Source of the DNA: Eledone cirrhosa
Taxonomy: Eukaryota
Length of the DNA: 64,000 bases
Direction: 5' to 3'
NCBI GenBank assembly: GCA_964016885.1
Contig: OZ024743.1
Span: 157,294,001 to 157,358,000, forward strand
Positions 11,701-24,576 of this stretch are shown here, in pieces; position 1 is the stretch's first letter, and each line of letters begins with the position of its first letter. The translations under genes were made by a program, and so were the position numbers. The notes under the pieces were generated by a model. The model searched no databases. It was not told the DNA's origin and worked only from the letters and a program-made list of their open reading frames with translations.

Positions 11701-13846
11701 ATCATCATCATCATCATCATCATCACCGTTTTACGTCCATTCTTCCACGCTAGCATGGGTTAGACGGGTTGTCCTGTTGTGGGCAGTGTCTGGTCGGCTG
11801 ACTATGCCTTGCTCATACAGGAACTGATTTGGCTTGATTTCTACAGCTGGATGCCCTTCCTAACACCAACCTCATTTACAGTGAGTGCTAGGTGCTTTTT
11901 CGTGGCGCCTACACTTCCACTTTACAGTGTGGGCTGGGTTCTTTTTTGCCGTGGGACCTCCACGACCACCTTGCGGTGGGGGGGGGGGGGGGGGGCATAT
12001 TGTCTATATGCTTCAACTTGTACCCATGGGAGATCGGGTACTCTCTATTACTGCGTGACGCCAGAGGTCACGGTCGTGTGTCATTGCTTTTGATAGGTGT
12101 AATTGGGTAAGGTCGGCTTTTATCACCTCATCCCAGGTCATCTTGGATCTCCCCACTCCGCGGTTTCCATCGACTTCTAGTGCTCTGCACCGTTTTATGC
12201 AGCTGTCATCCTTCATACGCATCACATGTCCATACCAGCGGAACCGCCTATTCTGCACACAGCATTTGATTCCTCTTATGCTCAGTCTCTCTCTCAATTC
12301 ATTTATGCTTTGTCGTACACGTATATTACTGTTACACATCCATCGGAGCATGCAGGCTTCGTTTCTGTCTAATCTATGTAAGTCTTCCACCTTCAGCGCC
12401 CAGGTCTCACTACCATGCAACATCGTTGTTCGGATACACGCATCATACAGTCTGCCTTTCATTCTGAGGGAGAAGCCTTTTGTAGCTAGCAGTGGTAGTA
12501 GTTCCCTAAACTTCTTCCATCCCGTTCTTACCCTAGTTATTGTACTTTCTGAACACCCACCTCCGCTGCTAATTCGGTCACCTAGGTAGCAGAAGCTGTC
12601 TACTGTTTCTACAGAGCCCTCCCAGAGATTGGTGGTACTTGTTTCCTGTGACTGTTTGCTGCTTGCTGGCCCAGCACAGCTGCTGCATGTGAAGCCTACA
12701 TTCTTAATTAAGCTTCCTGAGATCCCGCTACATCTCTTGTGTACCCATTGTTTGCATTTGGGGGAGAGAATGCAGTTCCTACCTACACCTTTCCTACATA
12801 CTGAGCAAGGCCATTACCCTGAGGGGATCTGGGTTCTGTTTTCTCGTCTACTTACAAGGACCTTAGTGTTTGTCATGTTAACTTTGAGACCCATTCTTTC
12901 TAGTCCATGCTTCCAAGTTTGGAATTTATTCTCTAGTTCTACCATAGATTCAGCTATAAGTGCGAGGTCATCAGCATACAGGAGTTCCCATGGGCATCCG
13001 GTCTTAAACTCCTCCGTTATTGCCTGCAGGACTATGATGAACAGGAGGGGCTAAGAACAGAGCCCTGGTGGACCCCAAACTGTACGCTAAATTCCTCGCT
13101 ATACTCATTGCTAATCCTAACTTTCCTGACTGCTCCCCTATACATGGCTTGTACCGCTTTTACAAGCCATTCATCTACTCCTAGTTTTCTAAGAGCCCAC
13201 CAGATTACAGCACGTGGAACTCTGTCAAAGGCTTTCTCAAGGTCGACAAATGCCAAGTAGAGTGGCTTACTTTTAGCTAGGTACTTTTCCTGTAACTGCC
13301 TCACAAGGAAGAGGGAATCAGTGGTGCCTCTTCCTGGTACAAATCCAAATTACATCTCGTCTATTTTCACCCGGTCCCTAATCAACTGTGCTATAACTCT
13401 TTCTGTTACTTTCATGACCTGGTCCATCAACTTTATACCTCTATAGTTTCCTCTATCTAGTGCATCACCTTTACCTTTGTAGCAGTTGACAATGATGCTA
13501 CTGCACCAATCTTTTGGTATGACACCTTCTAGTATTACCTGGTTAACAATACGTGTGGTTATAGTGTGACCTACAGACCCAGATGCCTTCAGCATCTCGG
13601 CAGCTATACCCGATGGACCGGTTGCCTTCCCCATCTTCATATCTTTGATTGCCTTACTTACTACGTTGCTGCTGACTTGTACTGCTGGCCCCTCTATAGG
13701 GTCTACTTGGGGTAGGGTCTCTTCTTCCCATGCATTCTCCTCATTTAGTAATCTATCATAATGACTCTTCCATGCATCTTTCTTCTCGGCACTTGTGAGG
13801 GCAAGCTCACCTTTATCATTCCGGATACACTTCTCTCCAATGACAT

Positions 13847-13848
<2 letters not shown>
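11701..13848 (-). mobile_element. RTE-clade LINE, 5'-truncated, frameshifted RT
   Basis: KGKGDALDRGNYRGIKL, AFVDLEKAFDRV, GVHQGSVLSP, LLYADDL and LHGSETW motifs. The 3' (TGA)n tail reads (ATC)n at 11701-11723. Confidence 0.9.
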
Positions 13849-13892
<44 letters not shown>

Positions 13893-13893
<1 letters not shown>

Positions 13894-14035
13894 CAAAGAA
13901 GGTGCGGTAAGATACCAGGTGGACCATAACGCACCAGAGTACTCGATGCTAGGGGTAGTAGAGTGGGTAATATGAAAAGAGTCAGGACCCCGACGGCTGA
14001 GCTCCGGCCGTTTCGACTGCTAGATTCAAACTAGA
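13893..14035 (-). mobile_element. Family A copy without the fold-back arm
   Basis: Family A tail and HHR 3' half on the minus strand, adjacent to (TA)n. Confidence 0.7.
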
Positions 14036-14392
14036 TCCGTTTCACAGGGCCCAAAATATTCTGGCTGACCAAAATGTTCAGGTTTCGTCCTCTGGAAAAA
14101 TTTGCCAATGACATATGGTTAAAATTGATTATTGGCAAATTAGGAATACGAGTTACTTATCAACAGGTAGTCATACTTACAGCCGAATTTTCTGCATTAT
14201 GCAGAGGCGTGTAGTGCGACAGCTGTCAACATTTTCACGACAAGAAATAGGCCATCGTACTAATTAGGTAATTAGGCAAGTGTATGTTAAACACAGCAGG
14301 AGGTCTCACCGTCTATCAGAAGTAGCTCGCGGGTCATATGATTATGGTGAGAGTGAAAACATAATATATATATGTGTGTGTATGTGTGTGTG

Positions 14393-14485
<93 letters not shown>

Positions 14486-15598
14486 CTATATAAATAAAAG
14501 GGGCTTGTAATTAGACATACTTTATACATTTAATAAACATTTGTACTCCCGCTGTAAGAACTTTCAGCTGCGATCATATCACTGTTACAAATGAACCCGT
14601 GAGCACTTCAAATACTAGTATTTTAGTGATGCTGACTCACTCGTTACTTCGAAGCTAATGCTTCTTATGATATACTTATGGTGATAGCGTATTTATATAG
14701 AGGGAAAAATTATTAATTTCTCATATCTATACAGTATAGTTAAACGAAGAAGAGCAATGTTCTGGTTTTCTCTTATATTCATGACATAAATCACACAAGG
14801 ATATAATTATCTCGGTAAAAATATAGAACTAAATGTATATTTGTTTGTATCTGTTGAGAAACTATCCTAGCGTCTTGCAGAATATTTGTAATTTATGTTT
14901 CCAACACTCTCGCCTGCGATTTTCATAGCTACCAGACAAGAAATAATATATGATGATTTTCTATCAGTATATGCCGTTCAGTGGTACTATCCCTGATATT
15001 GTCTAGACTTCTATGAATTAATGCATACAAACAATGGCGTCTTTCGAAAGAGTTAATTTATTCTAAATCATTCAGATTGCTTATCTTCTTGGAATTACGT
15101 TAGAATCAGACTCATTATGTTTTATGCCTCGAAGCTTGTTTGCAATCTTAACTTGGTTGATTTTAATTCAATGTATGTTTTTCCTGTACCTGGGGGATAA
15201 TTTGATTCAAAGCATAATTTTGGCGAGTTGAAACATAACGTGAAACGAATTCATAGAATATTATTTATTTGACATGAAATGAGAATCTGAATGATCGAAT
15301 GAGATGAAGAGTTAAATTGGTTTCAGTTGGTTGCAGCCACTTCACCTTAACGAAATCACTTCTAATCGAACACACCTATTGACACTGAAGTAGCAAATGA
15401 AGCACTTGGTGAAAACTGGAAACCAATAAATCAACAAGACTTCAAATTCCGCAAAACGAGTGACAAGAAAATTGTTTCTTGTATGTCTTTTAGCAGTTTT
15501 TCAAGTTACTGAAAGACACATAACGATCTTACAAGATATTTTACTGCACTTATTCAGATAAAATTTGTAACGCAGCCTACATTATTATGCGGAAATTC

Positions 15599-15845
15599 CT
15601 TTCTTCTTCTTCTTCTTCTTCTTCTTCTTCTTCTTCTTCTTCTTCTTCTTCTTTCAGGATCGTGGGAGCAGAGTCCTCAAACGCTCCTTCCAGTGTGTCC
15701 TGTCAGAAACAATCGTTTCCAACTGTTCCGGATACTTCCCCAAGCGAGACCTGCAGTTGAATGATTTTTCCCGTAAAATATGTTCAGAAATTCCTTCCTC
15801 AGATATTCTAACACCATGCCTGTAATATCTGAGCTGTGACCTCTG
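15599..15845 (-). mobile_element. RTE-like LINE 3' fragment with (AAG)n tail
   Basis: A (CTT)n tract abuts a minus-strand DRTHWKER-type C-terminus and a QLRYYRH..R-like segment. Confidence 0.45.
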
Positions 15846-16245
15846 AAATTGGAGAGTGGAACGATTTTCTGATCTCCGAGCTACGCACTCTATCGAGTAA
15901 TGTTACTCCTAAGACCCTTCGGGCGAACCCCTGTTTCGGTCGCTTGTATTCACGATCTTATTCTTTTAGAAATTCCCTACCGACAATAATACTGAGGTAA
16001 ATATTTGTCTAAAGACAAATGTTTACAGAAACATACAAAGCAAATTAAAATATACATACTGCTAATAAAACACAGTAGGTTCTGATATAAAAAATAATTT
16101 GGTCATTATTTTCAGCGAAGCCAGAGAGGAAATAGATTAGATCGTGATTTCATCCAGCTGGACAGTAGAATATTGGAATCTTTTTCAGTAATATAATACA
16201 AATTTGATTTTAGTTTAAGACAACATTCATTGGATCATCTTCCAT

Positions 16246-16290
<45 letters not shown>

Positions 16291-16941
16291 AGTCGTTTGG
16301 AAGCCTCGACAATGCAAATGGGTAAATCTCCGGGTAACAAGGTCCGGTGGTGGAGAGAGAGATATGTAAGTGGGTGTACGTTGAGAAGCGTGGTGTGTAT
16401 AAGATGTGTGAGATGTGTAGAATGAAGGGAAGAGTAAAAGAATAAGAATAATAATAACAACACAAGAGAGAGAGTTACCTTGGGAGAGATTTAATAGTCC
16501 CTATATATTTCGGATTCGCATCCATCAACTGGGGTTTTTTCCGGGGTGGGGGAAAAGGTTGTCTGTCGGACAACTCGGAACGCGTCTTTCGCTGTCTGTT
16601 GATTTGAATATCTGAGGTATTCGGCCGAGGGCGCGTGCGCGTGAAATGGGGTCGGTCGTACAGAGGTCAGCGGCCGAATGAGGGAGTGGGATGGCGCTAG
16701 CTGTCAGTCCATTCTCTGCCTCTTTGTTAAATGTTACTGTGTGTGTGTGTGCGTGTGTTGTTGTCTCGCTTGAGTGTGTGTGTGTGTGCGTGTGTTGTTG
16801 CCTTGTTCATCTGTATTGGCAGTGTAGTATGTTCGTATGGTGGAATGCAACTGTGTGTGTGTGTGCTTGTGTGTGTGTGTGTGTTGTCTCGTTTGCGTGT
16901 GTGTGTGTGTGTTGTGTGTTGTTGCATCGCTTGTTAACTTA

Positions 16942-18377
16942 AACCAGCTATTTCATTTCGCTTCTCTCTAATCGGTTGTTTATTTGCGGTTGCAGTTGTT
17001 TGATAAGAAGCGCTTCCTTAATACGTAACGTGCCGACGTTTCTTTCAGTCGCTAGAATTGTGACAATGGGCCTTGCGTCTTTGTTTCCGCACATGTCTAT
17101 GTGTTTCCGGAAAGACGAGGCCCTGGTTTTAATGTGTTCCTTGATCCGGATGTGCAAAGGTCGAATTGTGCTACCTATGTAGTATTGGTTGCACCTGTCA
17201 CATTCTATCTTATACAAGACGTATGTGCGTAGGCAGCAGTTAACATGGCGTATCGGGCAGTCTCTGAGGGAGCAGGCGTCAGTTGATTTTTCGGGTTTTC
17301 TGGAGAGGCATCTTCGCAGGGAGGGGCCCGAGTGGGCCAGGTGGATGTCGAGGCCCTCCCTCCGTATAGCCTTGCGGATAGCGTTGGTGGTTTTCTCGCC
17401 CAGGTGTGGCATTTTAAGGAAGCACTTGCCTTGGGTGCTTCTCTGTCTCTTGCGTCTGGTGTCTCCTATTCTGTCTGTGATCGAGCTAGGGTACCCATTC
17501 GTCTCCAGCACCTCGAGGAATCGCTTGATATGAGTGACACCACTGGCGGGATCGCTGCATCTGTTTTTGATTCGCGCGATCTCGTTCGTGATGTATCCTC
17601 TTTTGGCACTGTTAGGGAGGGCGGACTTGTAGTGAACGAATAGGTCCCTGCAGGCTGCCTTTCTGTAGAAGTTGCAGTGGATCCCTCCTTGTTCCGTGAT
17701 GTTGATTCGGAATTCGAGGAGGGCAAGTGACCCGTCTTCGTTGGGGTGTTCAACACTGAAGTCAATGTTCTCGTCCGTGTTGTTGAACGTCTCATAGATT
17801 CTGTTCGACGTGTCTTGGGAAGATGTGAGGATGAGGATATCGTCCACGTATCTTGAGAAAAAGGCTACGGCGTTGGGGTGGCAGGCGTTGAGAGCCTTTC
17901 ATTCGAGGTTGTCCATGTAGGAGATCGCTAGCACACCTGATAGACTTGATCCCATGGGCAATCCCGAGGTTTGTTGGTATATTTGGTCAAGGAATCCGAA
18001 GTAGGTATTGTCGACGACGATGGATAGGAGTTGGTGGATGTCAGTGGTGGTGAGCCCGAAGAAGTGTAGGTCGGTGGATTGGACGCGTTCCATTAGTATA
18101 TTCACGGCCGGGAGTGCCGGGACCGAGGTGTAGAGAGCGACTACATCAAGGCTGAAGGCATATCTGTTATTCTTTCTGGTGTCTGGATCCATTTGATGCA
18201 GGCGCTTCAACACCTCCTCGGAGCTGTTAACGTGTCCCGGCAAGGTGTCTAAGATGGGTTTGAGTATTCTGGCTAGGAGCCATGAAATTTTGTAGAGTGG
18301 TCCCTCCACGCTCGATACGATGGGCCTGATTTTCAGGTCGGGTCCCTGTTTGTGTGTTTTCACGAGGTGGTAGAAGG
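16942..18377 (-). pseudogene. Inverted copy of the PLE RT-GIY-YIG ORF with nonsense changes
   Basis: ORFs 17899-18402 and 16948-17847 are near-identical to the plus-strand ORF. CGA>TGA and TGG>TAG stops are present. Confidence 0.85.
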
Positions 18378-18379
18378 CC

Positions 18380-19981
18380 CTCCAACACCTTGACGATGAC
18401 AAGCTCTATTCCAAGGTCACGGGAATCACTCCCGCGCAGATAGAAGAACACATCAACTCCGCCTGGACCAACATCTGCGACCGGCGGAAGCTCCCGAAGA
18501 AGCTGAGATACAACCTCCTCACGAGGAACAGCAGACTACCCGCCTTCTACCACCTCGTGAAAACACACAAACAGGGACCCGACCTCAAAATCAGGCCCAT
18601 CGTATCGAGCGTAGAGGGACCACTCTACAAAATTTCATGGCTCCTAGTCAGAATACTCAAACCCATCTTAGACACCTTGCCGGGACACGTTAACAGCTCC
18701 AAGGAGGTGTTGAAGCGCCTGCATCAAATGGATCCCGACACCAGAAAGAATAACAGATATGCCTTCAGCCTTGATGTAGTCGCTCTCTACACCTCGGTCC
18801 CGGCACTCCCGGCCGTCAACATACTAATGGAACGCGTCCAATCCACCGACCTACACTGCTTCGGGCTCACCACCACTGACATCCACCAACTCCTATCCAT
18901 CGTCGTCGACAACACCTACTTCGGATTCCTTGACCAAATATACCAACAAACCTCGGGATTGCCCATGGGATCAAGTCTATCAGGTGTGCTAGCGATCTCC
19001 TACATGGACAACCTCGAACGAAAGGCTCTCAACGCCTGCCACCCCAACGCCGTAGCCTTTTTCTCAAGATACGTGGACGATATCCTCATCCTCACATCTT
19101 CCCAAGACACAGCGAACAGAATCTATGAGACGTTCAACAACACGGACGAGAACATTGACTTCAGTGTTGAACACCCCAACGAAGACGGGTCACTTGCCCT
19201 CCTCGACTTCCGAATCAACATCACGGAACAAGGAGGGATCCACTGCAACTTCTACAGAAAGGCAGCCTGCAGGGACCTATTCGTTCACTACAAGTCCGCC
19301 CTCCCTAACAGTGCCAAAAGAGGATACATCACGAACGAGATCGCGCGAATCAAAAACAGATGCAGAGATCCCGCCAGTGGTGTCACTCATACCAAGCGAT
19401 TCCTCGAGGTGCTGGAGACGAACGGGTACCCTACCTCAATCACAGACAGAATAGGAGACACCAGACGCAAGAGACAGAGAAGCTCCCAAGGTAAATGCTT
19501 CCTTAAAATGCCACACCTGGGCGAGAAAACCACCAACGCTATCCGCAAGGCTATACGGAGGGAGGGCCTCGACATCCACCTGGCCCACTCGGGCCCCTCC
19601 CTGCGAAGATGCCTATCCAGAAAACCCGAAAAATCTACTGACGCATGCTCCCTCAGAGACTCCCCGATACGCCATGCTAACTGCTGCCTACGCACATACG
19701 TCGTGTATAAGATAGAATGTGACAGGTGCAACCAATACTACATAGGTAGCACAATTCGACCTTTGCACATCCGGATCAAGGAACACATTAAAACCAGGGC
19801 CTCGTCTTTCCGGAAACACATAGACAAATGCGGAAACAAAGACGGAAGGCCCATTGTTACAATTCTAGCGACTGAAAGAAACGTCGGCACGTTACGTATT
19901 AAGGAAGCGCTTCTTATCAAACAACTGCAACCGCAAATAAACAACCGATTAGAGAGAAGCGAAAAGAAATGGCTGGTTTAA
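18380..19981 (+). CDS. PLE reverse transcriptase + GIY-YIG endonuclease (open frame, N-terminally truncated)
   Basis: KTHK, RPIVS, SLDVVALYTSVP, GLPMGSSLS, RYVDDI, VVYKIEC..C..YYIGST. The frame stays open back to the inversion junction. Confidence 0.92.
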   Translation, partial: LQHLDDDKLYSKVTGITPAQIEEHINSAWTNICDRRKLPKKLRYNLLTRNSRLPAFYHLVKTHKQGPDLKIRPIVSSVEGPLYKISWLLVRILKPILDTLPGHVNSSKEVLKRLHQMDPDTRKNNRYAFSLDVVALYTSVPALPAVNILMERVQSTDLHCFGLTTTDIHQLLSIVVDNTYFGFLDQIYQQTSGLPMGSSLSGVLAISYMDNLERKALNACHPNAVAFFSRYVDDILILTSSQDTANRIYETFNNTDENIDFSVEHPNEDGSLALLDFRINITEQGGIHCNFYRKAACRDLFVHYKSALPNSAKRGYITNEIARIKNRCRDPASGVTHTKRFLEVLETNGYPTSITDRIGDTRRKRQRSSQGKCFLKMPHLGEKTTNAIRKAIRREGLDIHLAHSGPSLRRCLSRKPEKSTDACSLRDSPIRHANCCLRTYVVYKIECDRCNQYYIGSTIRPLHIRIKEHIKTRASSFRKHIDKCGNKDGRPIVTILATERNVGTLRIKEALLIKQLQPQINNRLERSEKKWLV

Positions 19982-20402
19982 GTTAACAAGCGATGCAACA
20001 ACACACAACACACGCACACACACACACACGCAAACGAGACAACTACACACACACACACAAGCACACACACACACACAGTAGCATTCCACCATACGAACAT
20101 ACTACACTGCCAATACAGATGAACAAGGCAACAACACACGCACACACACACACACACACACACTCAAGCGAGACAACAACACACGCACACACACACACAG
20201 TAATATTTAACAAGCAGGCAGATAATGGACTGACAGCTAGCGCCATCCCACTCCCTCATTCGGCCGCTGACCTCTGTACGACCGACCCCATTTCACGCGC
20301 ACGCGCGCTCGGCCGAATACCTCAGATATTCAAATCAACAGACAGCGAAAGACGCGTTCCGAGTTGTCCGACAGACAACCTTTTCCCCCACCCCGGAAAA
20401 AA

Positions 20403-20438
20403 CCCCAGTTGAAGGATGCGAATCCGAAATATATAGGG
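20403..20438 (+). ncRNA. Hammerhead-like motif with divergent 5' core
   Basis: ccc CAGTTGA(a/t) ggat-gcga-atcc GAAA tata TA ggg. Mirrored at about 16499-16534. Confidence 0.35.
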
Positions 20439-20700
20439 ACTATTAAATCTCTCCCAAGGTAACTCTCTCTCTTGTGTTGTTATTATTATTCTTATTCTTT
20501 TACTCTTCCCTTCATTCTACACATCTCACACATCTTATACACACCACGCTTCTCAACGTACACCCACTTACATATCTCTCTCTCCACCACCGGACCTTGT
20601 TACCCGGAGATTTACCCATTTGCATTGTCGAGGCTTCCAAACGACTTATACATATTTACTTATTGTTCCACAATGCTTCAAGCAAACTTCAATACTCTCT

Positions 20701-20814
<114 letters not shown>

Positions 20815-20869
20815 AGTAATAATATATACAGAGACCAAAATCCGAAGGGAGCACGATAACGATTGTATA

Positions 20870-20950
<81 letters not shown>

Positions 20951-20952
<2 letters not shown>

Positions 20953-21487
20953 TAATTTCATACTTCTAAAGAAACACGGTATGTTTACAGGGCACCTTAC
21001 TTCTGCTTGACACTACCAGAGGCCGTTAGCCCCAGTGTTTGCATAGCTACAGCTTCCTAAATGTTTTACCCTGCAAACATACCGTGTTTCTTTAGAAAAA
21101 CGAAATTTCTATACATATCTGCATACAGCTACGCTTGAAGCTAAATCCTAATTATATTCTATCATAAGTTGAGCCCGATTATGCAGCTTCATATGCAAAT
21201 GAGATTAATGACCTCATTTACACAGACGAGAAAACTATATATCCTCGACTGTTCTCAAGTCTAGCAGTTGCAAGCGTAGGAGGGACCGTCCTGATGAAGA
21301 CCAGTCAAGTCTGAAATGCATAGACGGTTGTCCCCCTTGCTTCTGATGGACACTACCAGAGGGTGTTAAGCCCGGTGTTTGAATAGCTACGGCTTCCTAA
21401 ATGTTTTACCCTGTAAACATACCATGTTTCTGTAGAAATATGAATTTTCTATACATATTTGTATACAGCTATGCTTGAAGCTAAATC
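20951..21487 (+). mobile_element. Retrozyme-like ~340-nt unit with ~150-nt terminal redundancy and a short 5' inverted arm
   Basis: 20995-21147 is repeated at 21335-21487, and 20951-20992 is an inverted copy of about 21070-21110. Contains a canonical HHR and ends at (TA)n. Confidence 0.7.
21282..21334 (+). ncRNA. Minimal type-I hammerhead ribozyme
   Basis: ggga-ccgtc CTGATGA agac-cagtcaa-gtct GAAA tgca TA gacgg-ttg-tccc, with palindromic ATGCAT stem III. Confidence 0.85.
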
Positions 21488-21599
21488 ATATATATATATA
21501 TTAAGAACCAATCTGTCTCTCATCGAGACAGAGACCACATCACAACCGACCCAAAGAGATCACCCCACCTGGATGCTCTGGCAGAAGTCCAGAAACATG

Positions 21600-21850
21600 C
21601 CCACTTCAACAGTATAACATACCCCAATAGTGTATGAGGCTGAAGTTACATCTACTAGAGCAAATCAACAACAAGAGGTCAAAATATATGTCAGTATGGC
21701 GGATGACCGGTTTAAAGAACGCTTCCTTAACCCACAGACACCCTTTAGACACTCGGATAAACGATTGTCCACGAAGCTGGCAAGCCACATATGGTCGATT
21801 GCTCCATTCAATGGATAGTTCTGACCAAATCGAAACCACACGGAAATAGG
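21600..21850 (+). pseudogene. Old Hydra-type PLE GIY-YIG fragment
   Basis: VYEAEV...IYVSM..DRFKERF.N....RH.....STKLASHIWS resembles the C-terminus of the 25537-26472 ORF. Confidence 0.6.
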
Positions 21851-22319
21851 AATACGTATTGTGGGTTATGTACCGATCACCTAATAAAGATCACGTAATA
21901 GCATTTATATCACTACACGATTTACATTTCATTTAATCGCTGCTCCACGGTGGAAACATATTACGTAACTACAAGGACCAAAGCTAAATTTTAATCGGAA
22001 TAAACTAACTCAATTGTCCCACTTTCAAAAGTCTAACTTGAGTTATCTCCATCCTCGACGTCATGCGCAAAATCCAGTCAGCTCACATACAATTCTGTTT
22101 AAAGCACAACCTCACTCTAGTTGAGAATCTATTGGGTGAAACACGCGTCCTCGAGTATAATATATATAGTGGTAAAACCGGGAGATTATATCCCTAGTAA
22201 GTCGAGCATTGGAAGAATTCGGTAGAGTTAGTTTTATGTATGCATGTATACATGTTTGTACCCACATACCCACTCGCACATCATTCATACACACATTTGC
22301 ACACACACTCGCACACAGA

Positions 22320-22366
<47 letters not shown>

Positions 22367-22368
<2 letters not shown>

Positions 22369-22566
22369 CAAAAGAGATGTGGTAAGGAACCAGGTGAACC
22401 ATAACGCACCAGAGTACTCGATACTTATGGTAGTAGAGTGTGTAGTATAAAAAGAGTCAGGACCGCATCGGCTGAGCTCCGGCCGATTCGATAGCTAGAT
22501 CTGAATGTTCTGATCTAGCTCTTGAAACGTTAGGAGCTCAGCCATCGGGGTCCTGACACTTCTCAT
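22367..22566 (-). mobile_element. Family A fold-back element (divergent subfamily)
   Basis: Tail and arm on the minus strand, mirrored arm at 22512-22566, (TA)n flanks. Confidence 0.7.
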
Positions 22567-24576
22567 ATATATATATATATATATATGTATATATTTATTA
22601 AAATAACAGATTAAAGTTTAAGCAAAGAATCGATGCTTTCACCCTTAACGGGATCTTCTGAAACTAACAAAGTCAATCTGTAAACGCAGAACTGGATATT
22701 TCAAAAAACGTTGCAACCGGAGGAAGACAGGAAGACGATACTTTGGTTCGTGGTAACGTTCGCTGGCAAAGAACGGGAAAAAACGAATAATACGTCATTA
22801 ATGGGAGCGGTGAAAAACAATTACGCGCAAAGACAAAACCACTTTTATGATATAAAAGAGGTCGTAGACTAATGTTCTCTTAGGTGGTGCATAGAGACGT
22901 TCTCTGGCAATGAACGAAAAAACGAAGATAATAAGTCATATGTGGAGCGTGGAGAACAATAGCACGCAAAGACAAAACCACGTAAATGGTATAGCAGAAA
23001 TCGTAGACTAAAATTTTAACTAGGAGACCAAATGAATCTCCGCTACAGAGTTAAGAACAAAGTAAATAAATGCAATACAGAAGTAATAGAAACAAATAAA
23101 TACATACACGCAAACAGATACGTACATACACAAGCATACGCAAAACCTTACCATGGGTATACTAAATCACGCACATATAAATATGTGTGTGTATGCTTGT
23201 GTGCAAATAAATAAATTATTATATAAACGTATATAAGTAAATAAATACGTATATAACAAGCGCACACGCATACCTACATATAAATGACGTAAGTCAATTA
23301 AAACAAGAAGTACACATATACACACACCCACCATACGTACGAACCTGCACACTCACGCGGACGCAAAACTCCCGTCTACACATAGCCAAACCCTAAATAC
23401 CAGAATATGTAAAAATGATACGCTATAACAGTCAAATATACGTACGAGAAGGTATACATACCTTCACAAAACATACGGGTAATATATACTTACCTATGCA
23501 AATAAGTAAAGGAATAAACAAAACATATACTTAGCTCCCACATCAAGACGTAAAATATCCACGTATAGATCGTGCTATCCGTTAGGGTATAACGTGGGGC
23601 TGTAATACAGGAAGTTTTGTGCAATTTATGTTTACAAGCCGAAATTGCCTCAGATTTTTTGTTTAAGATGTGGTCTGTAGCGTAGAGTATTTCCAGGGCC
23701 TCAGCGGCGCAGAGGTCACATGGTCTTTTATTTCCGTTATACGATCTAGCCCTAGCTAGGATCTCCCAGTGTAACTTATATTGGGTGTGGTTGTCTTTTA
23801 GACTCCAGATATAAGCTGAAAGTGACGTCATATTCCTTCTTAGAGGGTAACGAAAAGAATGGATATGCATGTAAAGACGCTGCTTGAAACTATTGGCGGT
23901 TAACTCTATGAAGGCCCTACGGGTCGTGGGTGTTACAACCTTACATTTGTAGACAATGTTACTAGAGAGGCATTTCCCGGATAGGGGGCAATCAGCCCGA
24001 TTCCTACAATTACAGTTAGTACTAACTACAGGGTTGCACGTGTTCCTACGGCTAGGTAGTTTAGCTAAATTTGAAGCTGTGATGTTATGTGCAAGGTTAG
24101 GAGTCGTAGATTAAGAAATTTTAATAGTATTTCTATTAAAAATTTTACTATATTTATGTGTAGGGGGAAAATGCTTCGTAATAAGGGAAAGAAAGATCTT
24201 AGCTAATGGTGTGGCCACCTCCATATTATATTGTGGGTTAAACCAACAAATGCGACGGGATCTATTTCTTCTAGGTCTATTTTCGTACTCTGTATATGCT
24301 ACCTTATCGACAAATCCACTTAGAGCAAGAGCTTCATTGTAATAAGTGGAATGGTCGTTGAAAATGCGCTCGTTGGTGGAAAGACGGGAAAGCCTCAACG
24401 AAACGTTTCTTACCAGGTTCTTGGTTATGCTGGCAGGATGGTTGGAATGCTTACTTATGTAATTAAGCGTATCATTCGGCTTTCTATACGGGTAATACAG
24501 CCCATTCAATAAATTGAGGGTAACGTCGAGGTAATTAACGACCGAGAGATTGGCCTCAACCTGTATAGAGAGGAAT

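Larger units (their letters stand above)
16286..20700. mobile_element. PLE (Poseidon/Nematis-like), 5'-truncated, as a ~4.4-kb head-to-head palindrome
   Basis: Left arm 16286-18377 mirrors 18542-20650. Spacer of about 165 bp, unique tail 20651-20700, (TA)n flanks. Confidence 0.92.

Noticed and set aside
17189-19944. Antisense and alternate-frame ORFs within PLE and LINE coding regions
   Set aside because: Shadow ORFs of the GC-richer RT sequence with no independent motifs.
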